Source: Candidatus Limiplasma sp. (GTDB lineage Bacteria; Bacillota; Clostridia; Christensenellales; Aristaeellaceae). Taken from it: 64,000 nt of DNA. The notes under the pieces are model-generated. The model was not told the origin of the DNA. It did not search any database and saw nothing but the letters and a program-made list of their open reading frames with translations. The DNA lies in assembly GCA_048370855.1 (NCBI GenBank), contig DBGEOK010000046.1, positions 33,652 through 97,651 on the forward strand, read 5' to 3'. Both the position numbers and the translations under genes were made by a program. This document shows positions 1 through 8,090 of the stretch, in pieces. How positions within the stretch are numbered: position 1 is the first letter of the stretch; each line of letters starts with the position of its first letter.

Positions 1-1527
1 ACGCCCACGCCGGAGGTTACCTACACGCCCACTCCGCAGCCCACCAGCGACTCGCAGCAGGTGGATTGGTCGCAATGGAACTTCGGCGATAATACGGCCA
101 CCAATCCGCCCAGCAATGTCATTCCGATTGGAACCCAAAGCGTGACGGCCACCGCCACCCCGGCTCCGGGTTCCACCTCGCCTATCAGCGTGGCGACCGC
201 CACGCCCAAGCCTACCAATTCCTCTACCGGCTCCAGCGGCAGCACCTCCTCCAACGTGCTGAAAAACGGCGCGTCCGGCAGCAGCGTCAAGCAGCTTCAG
301 CAGCGCCTGAAGGATTTGGGGTATTATTCCGGCAGCGTGGACGGGAAATACGGAAGCGGCACGGAAAGCGCGGTTAAGGCATTCCAAAGCGCAAACGGGC
401 TGAAAGCCGACGGCATCGCCGGAAGCGCGACCCAGGATAAGGTATACAGCTCCAGCGCGAAAAAGAACTCCGGCGGCGGCAGCTCGTCCGCGACTTCCTC
501 CTCCGGCACCTCGTCTAGCTCCTCGGCCAACACCTATACCAACGGCAAGACGGATATCTACCTGAAGCTGGGCTCGTCCGGCTCGCAGGTCAAAATCCTT
601 CAAAACCGGCTGATCGTGCTGGGCTATTTGAGCGGCACCGCGGACGGCGACTTTGCCGAAACCACGGAGGCGGCGGTCGTCGCCTTCCAAAAGCGCAACA
701 GCATTTACGCGGACGGCATCGCGGGCCCCACAACGCTGACGAAGCTCTATTCCTCCTCGGCGAAAAAGGCGTCCTCCGTGGCCGCGAACATCGGCTCCCT
801 CCGTGAGGGAATGACCGGAAGCGGCGTTCGCGCGCTCCAGCAGCAGTTGAAAAACCTTGGCTACTACACCGGCAGCGTGGACGGGGACTTTGGCTCCGGC
901 ACCACGGCGGCGGTCATGGCCTTCCAGGGCGCAAGCGGGCTGAAGCAGGACGGCGTGGCCGGGAAGGCGACCATGAACGCCATATACGCCTCGACCGGAA
1001 CCGGCGGCTCCGGCGGAAGCTCCACGGCCTCCAACCCCGACACTTATGGCGAGACCGCGTCCAGCAGCGGTTATAGCACCATCTCCACCGCCTCCAAGAA
1101 CAATACCGCCACCGTCACGCAGCTTCAGTCCGCCCTCAGCTCAACCGGCTATTACAGCGGTTCGCTGGACGGGGACTACGGAAGCGCGACCGAGGAAGCG
1201 GTCAAGTCCTTCCAGCGCACGCGCGGCCTGCGCGTCACCGGTATGGCGGGCCCCTCCACCCAGCGTCTCCTGTATGGTGGGGTATCGGAAAGCGGCAGCT
1301 ATTCCAAGCTGAAGCTCGGCAGCAGCGGCTCGGCGGTCAAGGCGCTGCAATACGCGCTGTATGAGCTCAAGTATTACGACGGGGATATCACCGGAAAATA
1401 TGATACCGTCACAGAGAGCGCGGTCATGGTCTTTCAGCAGGTCAACGGCCTGGATATGGACGGCGTCGCCGGCGAACAAACGCAGCAGCGGCTGTTCAGC
1501 AGCAACGCGCTTCCGTGCAATATTTAG
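1..1527 (+). CDS. Cell-wall-associated protein with six tandem peptidoglycan-binding (PG_binding_1-like) repeats; 5'-partial
   Basis: Frame 1 is open from nt 1, with no stop before the track Met at 61, so the gene enters from upstream. It has six ~60-aa repeats of the pattern GSSGxxVxxLQxxLxxLGYYxGxxDGxFGxxTxxAVxxFQxxxGLxxDGxAGxxT. The repeats are separated by Ser/Gly/Thr-rich linkers. Confidence 0.8.
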   Translation, partial: TPTPEVTYTPTPQPTSDSQQVDWSQWNFGDNTATNPPSNVIPIGTQSVTATATPAPGSTSPISVATATPKPTNSSTGSSGSTSSNVLKNGASGSSVKQLQQRLKDLGYYSGSVDGKYGSGTESAVKAFQSANGLKADGIAGSATQDKVYSSSAKKNSGGGSSSATSSSGTSSSSSANTYTNGKTDIYLKLGSSGSQVKILQNRLIVLGYLSGTADGDFAETTEAAVVAFQKRNSIYADGIAGPTTLTKLYSSSAKKASSVAANIGSLREGMTGSGVRALQQQLKNLGYYTGSVDGDFGSGTTAAVMAFQGASGLKQDGVAGKATMNAIYASTGTGGSGGSSTASNPDTYGETASSSGYSTISTASKNNTATVTQLQSALSSTGYYSGSLDGDYGSATEEAVKSFQRTRGLRVTGMAGPSTQRLLYGGVSESGSYSKLKLGSSGSAVKALQYALYELKYYDGDITGKYDTVTESAVMVFQQVNGLDMDGVAGEQTQQRLFSSNALPCNI

Positions 1528-1568
1528 CGGCGGGAGAAAACCTCTTGTACGATCAAAACACAGGAACT

Positions 1569-1599
1569 GAGGCCCGGCGGCATTTGCCCGCCGGGCCTC
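1569..1599 (+). terminator. Stem-loop downstream of the PG-binding gene (possible intrinsic terminator)
   Basis: Perfect 12-bp GC-rich stem GAGGCCCGGCGG / CCGCCGGGCCTC starting 42 nt after the stop. The downstream U-tract is weak (TAAAAATCTTT). Confidence 0.4.
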
Positions 1600-1944
1600 T
1601 AAAAATCTTTGCGTCCCAGGCCGCGCCGCTATTATCGCCGGCAAAAAAACGTCTTGGCGCAAGAACGCCGGAACCCTCGAGGGAGTGGAAAAATCGGCCT
1701 CCGCAGGCCGTCTCGCGCGGCGGTCGTCGGAAGCCGGACGCAGCGAGGACGCGAAACCCAAGCTTTTTTTTCCGCCTTTTGGTATGCCTTGCGGGGCGCT
1801 CAGGTCAGCGCCGGAACAGCGCGTCCAACTCGCACGGCCTGCTGAATGGCCGCTCCGCGATAGGCCAAAGCAGGGAGAGGCGGGCTTATATGCTCTAAAA
1901 CGTATGGCAGCGCCTTTCCAAAGAGGTTTTTGGGGCCCAACATA

Positions 1945-1973
1945 TTGACGGATCGCTCATCGTCCTTTATTCT
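1945..1973 (+). promoter_or_regulatory. Sigma-70-type promoter for the ABC exporter pair
   Basis: TTGACG, 17-nt spacer, TATTCT. It lies ~30 nt upstream of the ATG at 2004. Confidence 0.45.
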
Positions 1974-2003
1974 GGTTGTGATTTGAAACAAAGGAGCGTT
2001 TGT

Positions 2004-2708
2004 ATGCTGAAAGTGGAACACGTTACCAAGCGGTATGGAAAAACGACCGCGAACCAGGATATCAGCCTGTCGGTGGAGGCGGGCGAGCGGGCGGTGCTCC
2101 TGGGGCCCAACGGCGCGGGAAAATCCACGCTGATTAAATGCATTACAGGGCTTCTGCGCTTTGAGGGAAGCATCCTCATCGACGGCCATCCCAACAAATC
2201 CACGGAGGCGAAGGCGCTTCTGGGCTACGTGCCCGAAATCCCGGCGGTATACGACCTGCTGACCGTGGGCGAGCACCTGGAGTTTATCGCCAGGGCCTAT
2301 AAGCTGACCGATTGGCGGAAGGACGCGGACGCCCTTTTGGAGCGTCTGGAGCTTATGGAAAAGCGCGACGCTCTGGGAAAAGAGCTGTCCAAGGGAATGC
2401 AGCAAAAGCTGTCGATTGCGTGCGCGCTGCTGCCAAAGCCGCGCCTTGTGGTTTTCGACGAGCCGCTTGTGGGGCTCGATCCCCACGCCATCAAGGAATT
2501 GAAGGAAATGCTCGGCGAGTTAACGGCTTCCGGCGTCGCGGTTCTCATCAGCACGCACATGCTGGACAGCGTGGAGCAAACCTGGGACTCCGCCTATATC
2601 ATGGTCAAGGGCCGGGTGAGCGCCCATATCGTGAACGGGCAGGAGGGGCAAAAAACCCTGGAGGAGCAATTCTTCGCCATTACCGAGGGAGGGGAGGCGG
2701 CGCTATGA
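2004..2708 (+). CDS. ABC transporter ATP-binding protein
   Basis: Walker A GPNGAGKST, signature LSKGMQQKL, Walker B LVVFDEP. The ATG at 2004 is preceded by AAAGGAG, so I preferred it to the track TTG at 1983. Confidence 0.9.
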   Translation: MLKVEHVTKRYGKTTANQDISLSVEAGERAVLLGPNGAGKSTLIKCITGLLRFEGSILIDGHPNKSTEAKALLGYVPEIPAVYDLLTVGEHLEFIARAYKLTDWRKDADALLERLELMEKRDALGKELSKGMQQKLSIACALLPKPRLVVFDEPLVGLDPHAIKELKEMLGELTASGVAVLISTHMLDSVEQTWDSAYIMVKGRVSAHIVNGQEGQKTLEEQFFAITEGGEAAL

Positions 2709-4276
2709 GCGGTATGGGCTACCTGCTGATGACCCAATGGAAAAACCGCCTGAAAGCTATTTTTCAAAAGCCCTCAAGCTGTATTTGCGCGCTTTTGATG
2801 ATTTTTTTGTTCGGCTTTGTCGTCTGGACAGGGAATGTGGGCGCGTTAGACGCTTCCTCCTTTCGCCCCATGGAAGAAGTTTACGCCTTATGCACCGCCC
2901 TGTACCTGATTATTTTTGTGATGACCGCCTACAACGGGCTAAGCCGGGGCGCGAGCCTATACACCCTGGCGGATGTCAATTATTTGTTTTCCGCGCCCAT
3001 TCATCCCAGGCGGGTGCTGTTTTACGGCCTGATGCAGCAGCTCGGGGCCTCGCTGATGATCGGTTATTTTCTTTTGTTCCAATACTCCTGGCTGCGTCAG
3101 GTATACGGGATTGATTTCGGCTTTCTGCTGCTGATCCTCCTGGGCTACAGCGCGGCGATCTTTTTAGGGCAGTTGACGGCCATGGCGCTTTACTCCTGCG
3201 TTTCCGGCAATGAAAAGCGCCGCCGGGCTTTCAAAACCGCGCTGTTTCTGCTTTGCGGAGCGGAAGCCGCCTGGCTGATTTCTCAAGCTTTGCCCGACTC
3301 CGCCAATTGGGCGGCCAGGCTTTCTGAAGCCGCGGGAAAGTGGCCCGTCATTCTTTTCCCCGTAGGGGGCTGGATGGGGCAGATGGTGCGCTGGTTTGAT
3401 TGCGGGAACATGCTGGGGTTTGCGTGCCTGGCCGGGGGCGTGCTGTACGCCGCGCTGCTCACCGCGTACCTGGGCCGCGCGCAGGCGGATTTTTACGAGA
3501 ACGTGCTGGACGCGACGCAGAGGGGCTACATGACCGCGGCTGCGAAAAAGGAAGGCAAGCTCCAGGAAGCGCTCCCCGACCATATCAAGGTCGGCAAAAC
3601 CGGGCTGGGCGGCGGCTTCGGGGCCAGCGCCTTTTACTTCAAGCATAAGCTGGAAAGCAGGCGCGCACGCCGGTTCCTGCTGGATACGACAACGTTGATT
3701 TTTCTTCTTGTCAACCTGGTATTCGCTTTTTTTACCCGGGAAGCGGGACTGGCGGCGGCGCTGGCCTTTGCCACGTATATGCAGCTTTTTTCCATGGGAA
3801 CGGGCCGATGGGCGCGGGAATTGCTCATGCCGCACATCTACCTGACGCCGGAGCGCCCTTACAAAAAGCTGATATGGCTCATGCGGGAGTCCTTGGAAGG
3901 GTATTTTTTAGAAGCGCTGCTGCTGTTCGTTCCCATTGGGCTGATGCTGCGCCTGACTCCCTGGGAAATCGCGGCGGCGGTAGCGTGCCGGGTGAGCTTT
4001 GCCATGCTGTTTATGGCGGGAAATATGGTCACGGAACGCCTGTTTGGCGGCGTATCCCTGAAAATGCTGATTCTTATGTTCTATATCCTGGTGATGCTGG
4101 TACTGGCGGCTCCGGGCGTGACGCTGGCGATGATTCTTCCGTCCGCCGGACTGACAGCGCTGTCCCCCGTCTTCACGTGGGTGATGGCTTTAGCCGTGTC
4201 AAACGCGCTCGTCAGCCTTTTATGCCTGTTCCTGTGCCGGAACATCCTGACCTACGCCGAGCTGAACCAAAGGTAA
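2705..4276 (+). CDS. Polytopic membrane partner of the ABC ATPase (putative ABC exporter permease-like protein)
   Basis: The ATG at 2705 overlaps the ATPase stop (ATGA). The product is ~523 aa and very hydrophobic with many predicted TM segments. The first 131 codons of the 654-aa track ORF are an Arg/Gly-rich shadow of the ATPase gene. Confidence 0.75.
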   Translation: MSGMGYLLMTQWKNRLKAIFQKPSSCICALLMIFLFGFVVWTGNVGALDASSFRPMEEVYALCTALYLIIFVMTAYNGLSRGASLYTLADVNYLFSAPIHPRRVLFYGLMQQLGASLMIGYFLLFQYSWLRQVYGIDFGFLLLILLGYSAAIFLGQLTAMALYSCVSGNEKRRRAFKTALFLLCGAEAAWLISQALPDSANWAARLSEAAGKWPVILFPVGGWMGQMVRWFDCGNMLGFACLAGGVLYAALLTAYLGRAQADFYENVLDATQRGYMTAAAKKEGKLQEALPDHIKVGKTGLGGGFGASAFYFKHKLESRRARRFLLDTTTLIFLLVNLVFAFFTREAGLAAALAFATYMQLFSMGTGRWARELLMPHIYLTPERPYKKLIWLMRESLEGYFLEALLLFVPIGLMLRLTPWEIAAAVACRVSFAMLFMAGNMVTERLFGGVSLKMLILMFYILVMLVLAAPGVTLAMILPSAGLTALSPVFTWVMALAVSNALVSLLCLFLCRNILTYAELNQR

Positions 4277-4380
4277 ACAAAGGATGGCGGGGCAGTCTAA
4301 GCGAGGCTGTAACACAGTAAATGAAAAACGATAAAAGGCGCTGTCCGTTACCCCGACAAGGCCCTTCCGCAAGCTCAATC

Positions 4381-4641
4381 GCCGCAAGCCGCCCGGTCGG
4401 GCGGCTTGCGCGTTTCGTCTTCTCGAAACGATCGGCGTTCCGGGTACTGCCGTTCCCGGCCCTTGTATTGGCTCACGTCTGACCGTCGCTCTGTCGCTGT
4501 GCGGGAACTGGCCCCCGGGCTGCCGCTTCCCTCCGTCCCCTCTAACCAGTCTTTGGGCCGCGAACGTGGCCCAAAAAAAGGGATTTCTAAGGGCAGAGCC
4601 CTTAGACGGAGGGCTTGGGAGGCGGAGCCTCCCAACGTCCC
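4381..4641 (+). repeat. Intergenic repeat element, copy 1 (5' hairpin + CCTTGTATTGGCTC core + 3' triple-hairpin module at 4552-4641)
   Basis: Shares recognisable blocks with 26496-26963. These are GCCGCCCGG..CGGGCGGC, GGTAC..GTACC, CCTTGTATTGGCTC, GGGCTGCCGCT, and then three hairpins: TTTGGGCC/GGCCCAAA, TCTAAGGGC/GCCCTTAGA, TTGGGAGGC/GCCTCCCAA. It sits between the convergent ABC permease and uvrC genes. Confidence 0.65.
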
Positions 4642-4689
4642 AACAGCCCGAGCAATCCTCGTCTCGTGTTCGCTCCAATCCCGGGCGGC

Positions 4690-6543
4690 CTAGCGCTTCG
4701 CGGCATAATCCATAATTCGCTTGGCTAAAACCTCGCTGATTCCTTCGACCTCGCAAAGCTCCTCCAGGCTTGCGGAAAAAATGGCTTTCACGCTTTTAAA
4801 ATGTCGAATCAAGGCCGTCTGCTTCTTCTGTCCGATCCCCTCGATCTTGCCCAGCTCGCTTTGAAGCCCGGCCTTCCCACGAAGCGCCCGATGGTGCGTA
4901 ATGCCAAAGCGGTGCGCTTCGTCCCGCACGTGCTGAACCAAATGGAGCGCGTTGGAATGACGATCCAGAACGATCGGCTCCTTCCGGTCTGGAAGATAGA
5001 TTTCCTCAAAGCGCTTAGCGAGGCCGAACATCGGCACGCAGGCTCCCGCCTCAAGCATGGCGCGGTGGGCAAACAAAAGCTGTTCCGGGCCGCCGTCGAT
5101 GAGCACCACGTCCGGCAGGCGGGAAAAGCTTCCGCCGTCCGGCGCAAGGCCCGCCTCCTCCCTTTCCTTTCGCTCTCTGAGGCCGTGCGAAAAGCGGCGG
5201 CCGATCACCTCCGCCATGGAGGCGAAGTCATTCGCCCCCTCCACCGTTTTAATGCGGAAGTATCGGTAGGCCTTTTTATTGGGCAGGGCGTTTTCAAACA
5301 CCACCATGCTCGCTACGCTCAAAATTCCCTGGGTATTGGAGATATCGTATCCCTCGATCCGAACGGGCAGCGTAGGCAGGTCAAGCGCCTGTTTCAGCTC
5401 CTCCATGGCCTTTTTCGTGCGCGCCTCGCGGACCATCGCGCTTTGCCGATGCTTCAGCAGCGCATCCTCCGCGTTTTTTAACGTCAGACGGACCAAATCG
5501 GCCTTTTCTCCCCGCTGCGGGCATTGAAGAGAAACCGCCGCGCCCTTGCGCTCCCTAAGCCAGCGCTCCAGCTCCTCCACGGGCTCGGGCAGCGTTTGCG
5601 CCAGCACGTTACGGGGAATCAAGCGCTCGTCGTCATAATACTGGGTCAGAAAATTGGAAAGGATCTGCTCCGGCTCCTCTGTGCCGCAGCTCTTCATCAG
5701 GAACGCGCGGCCGCCCTCGATCCGCCCGGCCCGGACGTGCGTAAGCTGAACCATGGCGTCCTCCTCGTCCACCGCGACAGCGAGGATATCCTGCTCCACA
5801 TCGCGCGTTTGGATCGCGTGCTGCTGCTCCATCAACTGTCGGACGTCCGTGATTTTGTCCCGAAGCAGCGCGGCCCGCTCATATTCCATGCGCGCGCTGG
5901 CCTGCTCCATCTCCCGGGTCAGCTCCGACAGCAGCTCGCGCGAATCCCCGTTCAGGAAGGCCAGCACGCGCTTGAGCAACGCGCCGTACTCCTGCTCCGA
6001 TATCTTTCCGGCGCAGGGGGCCAGGCATTGGCCGATTTGATAATGCACGCACGGACGCCGGGGCGTTTTGAGCGGCAGGTTGAGCGAACAGGTGCGCAGC
6101 GGAAAAAAGCGCCGCACCTCGTCCATTACCTGGCGAACCGCCGTCGCGCCGATATAGGGTCCGAAGTACTTGGCCCCGTCGCGCTGCTCCATCCGCCTGG
6201 CCAAGGTCAGGCGAGGATAATGCTCGCTGGGATCTATGCGCAGATACGGATAATGCTTGTCATCCTTTAATAAGATGTTGTAAAACGGCCGATGCTTTTT
6301 GATGAGGTTGCATTCCAGCGTAAGCGCCTCAAAATTGGTCTGGCAGAGCATAAGGTCAAAATCATCCACCCGGGCGACCATGGCGGCCACCTTGGGGGCA
6401 TGCGAGCCGTGAAAATACTGACGAACCCTGTTTTTTAAGTTTACCGCCTTGCCGATATAGATGATTTCCCCTTCGCTTTTCATTAAATAGCAGCCGGGGC
6501 TTTCCGGGAGCATCTGAATTTTATACGCCAAAGTAGGGTTCAT
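4690..6543 (-). CDS. uvrC: Excinuclease ABC subunit C
   Basis: N-terminal GIY-YIG region (GCYLMKSEGEIIYIGKAVNLKNRVRQYF), a UvrBC-interaction region and a C-terminal HhH. The start at MNPTLAY (6543) overlaps the upstream gene's stop (ATGA). Confidence 0.95.
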   Translation of the reverse strand: MNPTLAYKIQMLPESPGCYLMKSEGEIIYIGKAVNLKNRVRQYFHGSHAPKVAAMVARVDDFDLMLCQTNFEALTLECNLIKKHRPFYNILLKDDKHYPYLRIDPSEHYPRLTLARRMEQRDGAKYFGPYIGATAVRQVMDEVRRFFPLRTCSLNLPLKTPRRPCVHYQIGQCLAPCAGKISEQEYGALLKRVLAFLNGDSRELLSELTREMEQASARMEYERAALLRDKITDVRQLMEQQHAIQTRDVEQDILAVAVDEEDAMVQLTHVRAGRIEGGRAFLMKSCGTEEPEQILSNFLTQYYDDERLIPRNVLAQTLPEPVEELERWLRERKGAAVSLQCPQRGEKADLVRLTLKNAEDALLKHRQSAMVREARTKKAMEELKQALDLPTLPVRIEGYDISNTQGILSVASMVVFENALPNKKAYRYFRIKTVEGANDFASMAEVIGRRFSHGLRERKEREEAGLAPDGGSFSRLPDVVLIDGGPEQLLFAHRAMLEAGACVPMFGLAKRFEEIYLPDRKEPIVLDRHSNALHLVQHVRDEAHRFGITHHRALRGKAGLQSELGKIEGIGQKKQTALIRHFKSVKAIFSASLEELCEVEGISEVLAKRIMDYAAKR

Positions 6544-7505
6544 GCCTGCCTCCCCGCCCTTTCGGCACGGTTCCAGTTGCGCCATACAGGATACGCAAAC
6601 GCCAGCCCGGCCGCCATATATACCGCCATGACCGCCGCGCGCTGTAGCAGCGAAACAGCCACGCCGTTCTGAAAGAGCGTGCCCATCAGGCTGGTCGCCA
6701 CGCCCATGACGGCCTCCTTAATGCCTATATTGCCCGGAACGACCGCCACAATGCTGGCCAACCAGCTCACGCTGTTGTAAAACAACGCCTGATAAACCGT
6801 TACGTTAAGGCCGATCGCGCGGAAGCAAACCATATACAGAAAAAGCTGCATCAGGTTATTCGCCGTCAGGCACGCCAAAAGCCGCCACAGCAGCCCTCTG
6901 TTCCTGAGCAAGGCGTTAAAGCCGGCGACCACGTCTCTTACCAGCCTGTACCGCCGCATCAGCTTTGGCTCCCTGTTTTGAAACAGGAGCGAGAAAACAA
7001 TAAAGGCCGCCATTCCCGCCGCGCAAACCGTCCAGACGGCCCAGAGCGTAACGGACCAGACGCCGTCGATCAATCCGGTGCACAGCAACGCCGCGAGCAT
7101 TTGCAAAAGCGCGAACAGCACGCCAAAAACAATGTTGCCGGCGGCCATGCTGACGCTTTTGACATAGGCAAGGCCCTTTGTGCGCTTATAATAGGCGGCG
7201 GAAAAGACAAGGTCGGCGCGCATGGGAAGCACATAGGCCATCGCGTTGCTGACGAACACCACGCCCATCCAATCCGTCAAACGCAAGGGAATGCGGTAAG
7301 TGGAAAGGATTACCCGGTGGTAAACCGCGTTCATCACACAGCAGCCGAGCGCAAGGCAGATCATCAGCGCGACGGACTGTGCGTCAAGCCTGAGCAGCTC
7401 CAGCATGTCCTCCCGGTTGAGATAAAGATAAACGCATAGAAGCGCAATCAGACCAACAAACAAAACGCTGGATAGAACGCGCTTCCAGTCCGGCTTTTTC
7501 TTCAA
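6540..7505 (-). CDS. Flippase-like / lysylphosphatidylglycerol-synthase-TM-like integral membrane protein (UPF0104-like)
   Basis: Hydrophobic ~321-aa protein. I propose a TTG start at 7505 that overlaps the GtrA stop (TTGA). The remaining upstream part of the 464-aa track ORF is out of frame with GtrA and looks like shadow sequence. The family call rests on overall TM pattern and context only. Confidence 0.6.
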   Translation of the reverse strand: MKKKPDWKRVLSSVLFVGLIALLCVYLYLNREDMLELLRLDAQSVALMICLALGCCVMNAVYHRVILSTYRIPLRLTDWMGVVFVSNAMAYVLPMRADLVFSAAYYKRTKGLAYVKSVSMAAGNIVFGVLFALLQMLAALLCTGLIDGVWSVTLWAVWTVCAAGMAAFIVFSLLFQNREPKLMRRYRLVRDVVAGFNALLRNRGLLWRLLACLTANNLMQLFLYMVCFRAIGLNVTVYQALFYNSVSWLASIVAVVPGNIGIKEAVMGVATSLMGTLFQNGVAVSLLQRAAVMAVYMAAGLAFAYPVWRNWNRAERAGRQA

Positions 7506-7981
7506 AGGGATCGGCCCTCCGAGTCCGCGCCGCGCTCCTTCGCGCGTTTGGCCACATCGTTGGTATCGATGGCGTTGCGGTATACCACAAAACGCTGGAA
7601 AAGGAACTCCGTCACAAAGTTTATCAGCATTGTTCCGGCAAGCACAAGGAAATCGTTCCAGCCGGCGCTGGTCAGCACATGGCCGCCCCAGGTGGACAGC
7701 GGGGTAAACACGAGGTAAAACAGCGCCACAAGCGCCATGGCGCGCGGGACATTGGCGTCGCTGCGGAAGGTATAGCGCCGGTTGAAGGTGAAGTTCCAAA
7801 GCACGCTCAGGATCAGCGCCGTCAGGTAAGAGGGCCAGTAGGGCAGCCCGAAGACCTCCTCCATCAAGGAAAAGGACGCAATTTGAATGATACCGGCGCT
7901 GATGGAAAACAGCGTAAATTTCAACGCCTGCCACGCGTTTGCCTTGCCGGCCCGCGGCGGCTTCCGTTCGTTCTCGCTCAT
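7502..7981 (-). CDS. GtrA-family membrane protein
   Basis: 159 aa starting MSENERK with four TM segments. It carries the typical GtrA motif region FxxxSxxxxxxxxxxxxxL...NFxxNRxxTF (WNFTFNRRYTFRS). Confidence 0.8.
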   Translation of the reverse strand: MSENERKPPRAGKANAWQALKFTLFSISAGIIQIASFSLMEEVFGLPYWPSYLTALILSVLWNFTFNRRYTFRSDANVPRAMALVALFYLVFTPLSTWGGHVLTSAGWNDFLVLAGTMLINFVTEFLFQRFVVYRNAIDTNDVAKRAKERGADSEGRSL

Positions 7982-8090
7982 TGCGGCACGCCTTCTTTCA
8001 CCTTTTTTGGGTTTCTCGCTCCGTCCCTCATCATAGCACATCTCAAGCGTATTGTCATATACGAAAATAAACCGAAAGCCTCCGACGGCT

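Noticed and set aside
2312-2704. N-terminal 131 codons of the 654-aa track ORF upstream of the ABC membrane protein.
   Set aside because: The stretch overlaps the ATPase gene out of frame and has Arg/Gly-rich composition. A proper ATG at 2705 overlaps the ATPase stop (ATGA).
7506-7934. Upstream extension of the 464-aa ORF over the GtrA gene.
   Set aside because: It is out of frame with the clearly GtrA-like product and has non-protein-like composition. The hydrophobic protein begins right at the GtrA stop.
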